The notes beneath the pieces are model-generated. The model saw only the letters and a list, made by a program, of their open reading frames with translations, was not told the DNA's origin and made no database searches. Both the position numbers and the translations under genes were made by a program. Shown piece by piece: positions 58,276 through 64,000 of a stretch of DNA of 64,000 bases (within the stretch, counting starts at the first letter, position 1; every line of letters begins with the position of its first letter). The DNA is from a virus (taxonomy: Duplodnaviria > Caudoviricetes), in the IMG/VR virus record IMGVR_UViG_3300042258_000341, positions 132,979-196,978 of that record. One strand, 5' to 3'.

Positions 58276-58787
58276 AAAAAAGTCTTTTTTTACAATCTAT
58301 GAGCCACTTACAAAAGAAATCTTTGGAAGAGGAAGTTCTTGTAAATGAAGTTGTCGAACAACCCCCCAATCTTATTGCAGAAACAAAGAAAATCCCTTAC
58401 GCTATTTATTTGGGAAAAGGTGTTTCTTTTTTAAATCCACAAGATGCTTACGATTTCTTGTTGCAGGAAGAAGAGAAGCCTTTGCCGGGGAAATATCGAA
58501 ACTCTCTTACAAAAGCTTTTTTCAACGGAACAGAAACCGGGCAAATAAATTCTTTGTATAAAGATTGGAAAAAATACAAAAAAGGAATTTTTCCTAAAAT
58601 TTCTGCATTTTTCTTGTATATTAAGAATGAATCTGAAAAATGTCCCGTTTGCAAAAAATATGCTTCTTATGTAATATCGGGTTTAACCCCTGCAAACGAA
58701 GAAACTTTCGAAAACGGAGTTGTAGATTTGTTCTTTTTTAAGTTTTGGGTTCTTTTTAAATTTTATGTTGAGAAAGGAAATCGCTAA
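58272..58787 (+). CDS. Hypothetical protein
   Basis: Start MKKSLF at an ATGA overlap; CPVC. Confidence 0.55.
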   Translation: MKKSLFLQSMSHLQKKSLEEEVLVNEVVEQPPNLIAETKKIPYAIYLGKGVSFLNPQDAYDFLLQEEEKPLPGKYRNSLTKAFFNGTETGQINSLYKDWKKYKKGIFPKISAFFLYIKNESEKCPVCKKYASYVISGLTPANEETFENGVVDLFFFKFWVLFKFYVEKGNR

Positions 58788-58793
58788 GTAGTT

Positions 58794-59045
58794 GTGGACA
58801 GTAAAGAAATGTTCAAATTAGGTTCTTTTGTTCGAAGATTGGCAGTTGCTGATTTGGAAATAAGCAATGAATTTGGATTTACTTCACAAACAGACCCTGA
58901 GTATGTCTTGGAGGAGTTGAACACAACCGCTCCGGAAGTTTTACAAGAATATTTAAACTCCGCAAAAAAGAAAGTCGAATTGAAAGAAATTGTAAATAAA
59001 TATGAAAGCGAAAAAATCAAATTCAACGATTCTTTTGTTGGATAA
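58794..59045 (+). CDS. Hypothetical protein
   Basis: 83 aa ORF, co-oriented and gap-filling. Confidence 0.5.
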   Translation: MDSKEMFKLGSFVRRLAVADLEISNEFGFTSQTDPEYVLEELNTTAPEVLQEYLNSAKKKVELKEIVNKYESEKIKFNDSFVG

Positions 59046-59478
59046 TGGTTTCAAACCTTTGAAAGCTATTACACGAAAAAGAGCACTTAAATTGGAATTT
59101 TTACAAAAAGCTTTCTTTTTAACCCCGCACCTTATGCAATTAACAAAACACATTTCTAAACATTTTTTTTGTAAACAATACACGAAGTGGTATGTCTATG
59201 CACGAGACCATAACACTTGCCAGTATTGCGGAAAAGAATTGATTCGCACAGAGAGAACAATAGATCATGTAATTCCCGTAAAATACGGCGGAGTTTCTTC
59301 TTACGAAAATTGTGTAACCGCTTGTAGAAGTTGTAATATATTGAAAGGACATAAAAAAGCCGAGGAAGTAGGCTTGAAATTAAAAAGCACCCCGAGAATT
59401 CCTCTCATCTTAGAGGTATTAAGACAGCAGCATCGGAATTTATTTGAAATTTTTGATGCTTATGTATTTGGAAATTAA
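59002..59478 (+). CDS. HNH endonuclease (McrA-like, Zn-binding)
   Basis: RD..TCQYCG...TIDHVIP...GG...ENCVTAC.SCN..KG. Confidence 0.9.
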   Translation: MKAKKSNSTILLLDNGFKPLKAITRKRALKLEFLQKAFFLTPHLMQLTKHISKHFFCKQYTKWYVYARDHNTCQYCGKELIRTERTIDHVIPVKYGGVSSYENCVTACRSCNILKGHKKAEEVGLKLKSTPRIPLILEVLRQQHRNLFEIFDAYVFGN

Positions 59479-59499
59479 TTACCGAAAGGAAAAAAATAA

Positions 59500-60066
59500 A
59501 TGGCAAGACCTAAAAAGAAAAATATTATCACTCTGTTCGAAACAAAACCTCCTGAAACCTCTTTGGTTTCAGGAGACTTGAAAGGGGAGAGTTACGAAAT
59601 AACAATTATTTCCCCTGAGACAATGCCAGCTCCAATAGAACCTATAAAAACAACAATGAATGTTCCCGGCGGGATTCTTTGGACAGCAAATGCTTTTGTA
59701 GATAATCCTTCTTTCTTGAATAAGAAAACAAATAAAATGGCTCTTTGTTTATCTATCGTTACAGAAATAGATAAAGGACACAATGGGTTCTTTAATAACG
59801 ACTATTTCTTGAATTGTGATAAAGCAACCCCTAATTTAAAACAATTTGAATTTTTCAAAACACAATTCTTGAAATTGTGGAAACAACCTGAAGCCCCCAC
59901 AGAAGAAATGTTAATAAAACAATTCGGGGGGCAAATGCGACTTTATCTTAGAGGGATTGCGTTTAGATGGTTTTCTTATTATCATATGGGATATACTCTT
60001 CAATTTACAGAAATTGTTTCAAAACCAAGTAACACTGTTGAAGAAGCGAAAGAGATTGCTGCTTAA
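59500..60066 (+). CDS. Hypothetical protein
   Basis: 188 aa, AAAGGA RBS, followed by a terminator. Confidence 0.65.
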   Translation: MARPKKKNIITLFETKPPETSLVSGDLKGESYEITIISPETMPAPIEPIKTTMNVPGGILWTANAFVDNPSFLNKKTNKMALCLSIVTEIDKGHNGFFNNDYFLNCDKATPNLKQFEFFKTQFLKLWKQPEAPTEEMLIKQFGGQMRLYLRGIAFRWFSYYHMGYTLQFTEIVSKPSNTVEEAKEIAA

Positions 60067-60090
60067 GTCGCTTTTCAACCTCTTCATAGG

Positions 60091-60128
60091 AGATTCGAGA
60101 TTTTTTCTCGAATCTTTTTTCTTTTTTT
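60091..60128 (+). terminator. Rho-independent terminator
   Basis: AGATTCGAGA / TCTCGAATCT stem followed by T tracts. Confidence 0.75.
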
Positions 60129-60182
60129 GTTAAAATTTTTCTTTCTTTTTACTATATTTAAATAAGACAAAAATATAGGAGG
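60127..60182 (+). promoter_or_regulatory. Sigma70-like promoter and RBS of rIIA
   Basis: TTGTTA-17 bp-TACTAT, then TAAATAAGACA and AGGAGG. Confidence 0.65.
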
Positions 60183-60189
60183 CTTAAAT

Positions 60190-62340
60190 ATGAAATTAGA
60201 TATTCAATCTCCAGCGGTTGAAAAATCGGCGGAATTCGAAGAACAATTTTTCGGTGTGGGAAATCTTGCAGTTGTTCTCACAATTCTCAGGAGTAAACTC
60301 TATTCCAACCCGATAAAGATTGTGGTTCAAGAAATATTGAGTAATGCTCGGGATGCCCATCGAGAAGCGGGAAAAGAAGACGTTCCAATACAAGTAACTC
60401 TCCCTACCGCTATGAACCCTAATTTTGAAGTAAAAGACTTCGGAGTTGGGATCACCCCGGAAAGAATGTCAAACGTGTTTCTGCAATACGGCATGTCTAC
60501 AAAGAGAGACGATAATGTCCAAACCGGGGGATTCGGGCTGGGGGCAAAATCTCCTTTCAGTTACACAGACTCTTTTGTAATAGAATCTGTTACCGAAAAA
60601 ACAAAAAGAATTTATGTAGCATACATTGATGAAACTTCCGTAGGAAAAATGTCGTTACTTTCTTCTGAACCAACTGAAGAAAGTAATGGAGTTACAATAA
60701 AAATTCCGGTAAAAGAATCGGATTTCTACAGTTTTCGAACCGCTTTTACCGATATAACTACGTATTGGGATGTCCGCCCGGAAGTAGAGGGTGTTTGTCT
60801 TTATTATCCCGATATAGATTCTTATTTGAAAAGAACTGAAAATTTCTGGCTTACGGGAGACGAAGATGTTTTGCGAATTTTAATAGATAAAATCCCGTAT
60901 ACTATGACAAAATATACTTTATTGGGGGTGGACTTCTCCAAATATCCCGAAGTGGATTATGAAAAAATACTTCAAACGCTTTCTTTCGGGGTGGGTTTTG
61001 AAACCCCGTGCGGTCTTCTTTCTGTTGCGGCAAACAGGGAACAAATAGAATTGTCCGAAAAGAATTTACGGATAATTTTTAAGAATCTAACTCAAATCTC
61101 CGGGAAAATTTTAGATTTATTCAACAAAGAGCTGCAGATGAAAAAGAATTATTTTGAAGCTGTTTCTTTCTGCAAAAGCTCTAAAATTTTCAATGCTTTT
61201 AATGAAAATTTTGATTTTTTGTGGAACGGTATTAAAATACCTAAAGATTTAACTTATGATTTTAAGAATGATTTTGCCCAGTTTTTTTGTTACAAGGTGA
61301 ATAAGAGAACAACAACCTATACAAAAAAAACAATAGAACGCTCTTCCCTACATAAACCTGTTGTGTTTATCCTTGAAGATATAAAAAAACAATATCGGGC
61401 TAAATTGGAATTTCTTCGAACGCAAACAGAATCCGATTTTATTTATCTTGTCCCTAAAATACAAGTGTTTGGACAAGCTATGGATAAAGCAGCATTAACC
61501 TTGGCTCTGTCTGAAATCTTTGAAGCTTATGGCGGGTTTGCTGAAAACGAGAATAATATTTACTTCCTTTCTGAAATGCAATGTGAAAAGAAAACCCCTA
61601 CATCTCGGAAATCGTATACAGGACTTAAAAGATATGTTAAATATCTTAATTCCAATTTTAACTCCCAAACACAGGATTTGGAAAAATTGGAAGCTGATCC
61701 TGAAGTGAAAGTTCTTTTTGTTCCTACACGATACTCGGTTATTACTTACACTCCCTTGCACAAGACATATCCTATAGAAAGAGAGATAGATGTTGGGAAA
61801 ATATTGATAAAAAGATTACATTCTTTGATTCCACCGGAAACACAAAAGATTGTAGTATTCGGGTGTTCTGTGACCAAGCTGAAAAAGTATTTAACTCCTG
61901 AAAATGACTTCTTTGCATATATTCAAAAACAACTCGAAAAAACATTACCTAAATTTGTATACATGCAATTGTTCTCACGCACTTTTATTGAAAATAAACA
62001 TTGGCTGGGAGGTTCTTATCACGATTGTTTAGCGACTTTACAGCATTTTATTGCTAAAAACACGGTTAAAAATAAAACAATACACAATGTTTTCCTGCAA
62101 TATTACAAAGTTCTTAAGTATTTTTATGCGGCAGATTTGCATTATGTGTTGCGAGAGATTCCTGCTTTTTTTGAACTCCCGGAAATAAATGAAAGTTTCG
62201 GTAAAACAATCCAGAAATTACATAAAAAATTTCCGATGCTGGATTATATCTGTAACGGGAATACAAATACGGAATCTTTGAATAAATTAACTTCTGACCT
62301 TTCGGAATACTTTAATTTGAAAAAATTTAAAAATCTGTAA
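60190..62340 (+). CDS. rIIA: RIIA-like protein (GHKL ATPase N-terminus)
   Basis: LYSNP...EILSNARDAH, VKDFGVGI, STKR, GGFGLGAKSPFSY, NGVTI; followed by an rIIB-like gene. Confidence 0.85.
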   Translation: MKLDIQSPAVEKSAEFEEQFFGVGNLAVVLTILRSKLYSNPIKIVVQEILSNARDAHREAGKEDVPIQVTLPTAMNPNFEVKDFGVGITPERMSNVFLQYGMSTKRDDNVQTGGFGLGAKSPFSYTDSFVIESVTEKTKRIYVAYIDETSVGKMSLLSSEPTEESNGVTIKIPVKESDFYSFRTAFTDITTYWDVRPEVEGVCLYYPDIDSYLKRTENFWLTGDEDVLRILIDKIPYTMTKYTLLGVDFSKYPEVDYEKILQTLSFGVGFETPCGLLSVAANREQIELSEKNLRIIFKNLTQISGKILDLFNKELQMKKNYFEAVSFCKSSKIFNAFNENFDFLWNGIKIPKDLTYDFKNDFAQFFCYKVNKRTTTYTKKTIERSSLHKPVVFILEDIKKQYRAKLEFLRTQTESDFIYLVPKIQVFGQAMDKAALTLALSEIFEAYGGFAENENNIYFLSEMQCEKKTPTSRKSYTGLKRYVKYLNSNFNSQTQDLEKLEADPEVKVLFVPTRYSVITYTPLHKTYPIEREIDVGKILIKRLHSLIPPETQKIVVFGCSVTKLKKYLTPENDFFAYIQKQLEKTLPKFVYMQLFSRTFIENKHWLGGSYHDCLATLQHFIAKNTVKNKTIHNVFLQYYKVLKYFYAADLHYVLREIPAFFELPEINESFGKTIQKLHKKFPMLDYICNGNTNTESLNKLTSDLSEYFNLKKFKNL

Positions 62341-62352
62341 AAAAGAAAAAAT

Positions 62353-62377
62353 CCCGGTATATCTAAAATATACCGGG
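62353..62377 (+). other. Hairpin between rIIA and rIIB
   Basis: CCCGGTATAT / ATATACCGGG stem without a downstream T tract on the plus strand. Confidence 0.5.
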
Positions 62378-62397
62378 GAAAAGAAAGGAACTTTTTT

Positions 62398-63123
62398 ATG
62401 TCTACATATAAAAACCATATACTGACAGAGAAGAATATCATAATCCTTTTCGACGACAAAACCGTTTCTTACCCAAGAAGTCATGCCTTCTTTCAAGAGA
62501 TAAAAGAACGTCTGGACAATATGGAATTCGATGCCTTGGACATGGACACTGCAATCGAAAACACCTTTAAGAAGTCTCACATCCCTGAAGGTGTTACAAT
62601 TCGTAAAAACATTGTCCGGGTCGATAAGAAAAGACTTCCTGAAATTCTCGAAAATAAAATTCTTGAGTTCTACAAGAAAGGGCACCCTCTTTATCCGATT
62701 ATTAACTTTTACAGAAACCTGATGAAAAATCCTTCAGAGGAGTCCCGGAAAGACTTGTTTACTTTTTTGATGCACAACAATATTCCGCTAACTGAAAAAG
62801 GTTTTTTTCGAGCGTATAAAAAAGTTACTCATGATTTTACAGATTGCAAAACAGGTACTTACGACAATTCGGTTGGAAAATTTGTAGTAATGCCTCGTGA
62901 AGACGTGGATGCTGATAGAACGGTTACTTGTTCTACCGGATTGCATGTTGCGGCTTGGGATTATGCTAAATATTTTTCGAGTGGAATTATGGTTGAAGTT
63001 CAAGTAAACCCAAGGGATGTTGTTTCTGTTCCTATTGATTACAACAATCAGAAAATGCGTGTGTGCAAATACCGTGTTATCCGAGTAGTAACCCGACCTA
63101 ATGAAAGAATTTTGGAGAAATAA
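62398..63123 (+). CDS. rIIB: RIIB-like protein
   Basis: NLMKNPS...LF.FL, GFFRAYKKV, MPREDVD.DR..TCSTGLH, VNPRDVVSVPIDYN..KMRVC.Y. Confidence 0.9.
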   Translation: MSTYKNHILTEKNIIILFDDKTVSYPRSHAFFQEIKERLDNMEFDALDMDTAIENTFKKSHIPEGVTIRKNIVRVDKKRLPEILENKILEFYKKGHPLYPIINFYRNLMKNPSEESRKDLFTFLMHNNIPLTEKGFFRAYKKVTHDFTDCKTGTYDNSVGKFVVMPREDVDADRTVTCSTGLHVAAWDYAKYFSSGIMVEVQVNPRDVVSVPIDYNNQKMRVCKYRVIRVVTRPNERILEK

Positions 63124-63124
63124 T

Positions 63125-63382
63125 ATGCACAATCTAATTTACAATCAGCACGGAAAATCTTGCGAAGATCGTTGTGTCGTGGGGCTTTTTTCAGGAAGAG
63201 TTGAAAATTTAGATATTGTTAAATTAATATTGGATGGGGAAGTTATTTCAATGCGAAAATTTGCTGGAGAAGCAGTCACTGTAGAATTATTTAATTTCTG
63301 TCCGAGATGTGGGCAAGAATTGAATACTTTTAGACAGGAATTAGACGAAAAGATAGCTATCCGAAGAGTGTTGAAAGAATGA
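63125..63382 (+). CDS. Small Zn-ribbon hypothetical protein
   Basis: C...C and NFCPRCG. Confidence 0.6.
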   Translation: MHNLIYNQHGKSCEDRCVVGLFSGRVENLDIVKLILDGEVISMRKFAGEAVTVELFNFCPRCGQELNTFRQELDEKIAIRRVLKE

Positions 63383-64000
63383 AACATACAATAACAATAA
63401 AATACCAATGTCCTCTATGTAACTGCGTTATAACAGAAAGATTTGACAGAGTTAGAGATAATGTTATGGCTTATTTCTGCCCTGTTTGTGTCCCCGTTCT
63501 TTCCGAAGAACTGCAAATTAAAAAAGACAAGTTATTTCTTCAAGATGCTTTTGTTGAATACGACGAGCCTTACATATTCATGGAGCCTATTGGATTAATT
63601 CAAGAGATCGAATCTTCTCTTGTGAATCAAGAAGAAGTTGTGTTTATTCCTTCCGGATTACAACATGCTGATATTAACGACGATATCCGGGCGGCTTGCG
63701 ACGATTGCAATAAGTGCGAAGATTGCCCACAAATGGATGAAGAAGATAGGACATATAAAACATATTGCTCCTCTTTCCGACCGTTATGTAAAACAACGTG
63801 TCTGACTTGTACTTCAACCCTTACAAATAAACTCCAATATCTCGAAAAGAATCATTTTTCTTATGAAGAAAACTGGAGTTTAGATCACGCTATTTGTAAA
63901 TTCATACTCCCCCGGTTGAAAGAATTCCGAGAAAATTGCATCGGGTTCCCTTCTGAATTATCCGAAGAGCCGGGAGGCTTTGAAAAATGGAAACAAATCT
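63379..64000 (+). CDS. Cys-rich hypothetical protein (truncated at window end)
   Basis: Not in ORF track. ATG 63379 MKHTITIKYQCPLC...CPVC...CDDCNKCEDC...WSLDHAICKFILPRLKEFRE, open to the edge. Confidence 0.65.
   Translation, partial: MKHTITIKYQCPLCNCVITERFDRVRDNVMAYFCPVCVPVLSEELQIKKDKLFLQDAFVEYDEPYIFMEPIGLIQEIESSLVNQEEVVFIPSGLQHADINDDIRAACDDCNKCEDCPQMDEEDRTYKTYCSSFRPLCKTTCLTCTSTLTNKLQYLEKNHFSYEENWSLDHAICKFILPRLKEFRENCIGFPSELSEEPGGFEKWKQI

Noticed and set aside
59002-59478. HNH gene as an intron-encoded or mobile homing element
   Set aside because: It is free-standing, overlaps its upstream neighbour, and interrupts no gene; no intron structure was recognised.
1-64000. Stop-codon reassignment, as in some jumbo phages
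   Set aside because: Genes tile densely under the standard code, and TAA, TGA and TAG all end genes at sensible boundaries.

Overview
AT-rich segment of a large contractile-tailed (myovirus-type, probably jumbo) bacteriophage, read with the standard bacterial code. Positions 1-56238 are transcribed on the minus strand. In transcription order they hold: a portal gene; a ~15 kb cassette of mostly unrelated enzymes and effectors; two zinc-finger genes; a T4-like tail/baseplate module (tube-like protein, chaperone with a candidate +1 frameshift, tape measure with amidase domain, gp48/gp53/gp27/gp5/PAAR/gp25/gp6/gp7-like genes); tail fibre and accessory fibre genes; then phosphoesterase, YiiX-type peptidase, SNF2 helicase, DnaC-like loader and a DnaB helicase that runs off the left edge. 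After a palindrome-rich AT stretch (56240-56770) the strand switches to plus: membrane/spanin-like gene, YkgJ-like, HNH, rIIA, rIIB and hypotheticals. The most striking signal is the portal-adjacent cassette (38370-53453). There, 13 otherwise heterogeneous proteins (Acb1-like 2H phosphodiesterase, three HExxH metallopeptidases, ART-like, ParB-like, LRR proteins and others) carry a short peptide tag. The tag is I-[KRQL]-[KRS]-[YF]-S-x-L or M-x-Y-L-x-[FV]-L-x-K-x-A, often bounded by [KRH]-x-A. I interpret it as a capsid-targeting and protease-processing signal for a virion-packaged, injected anti-defence arsenal; this is inference. No tRNA, rRNA, CRISPR array, major capsid, terminase, sheath or reverse transcriptase was recognised. 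All calls come from motif recognition by eye, with no database search.
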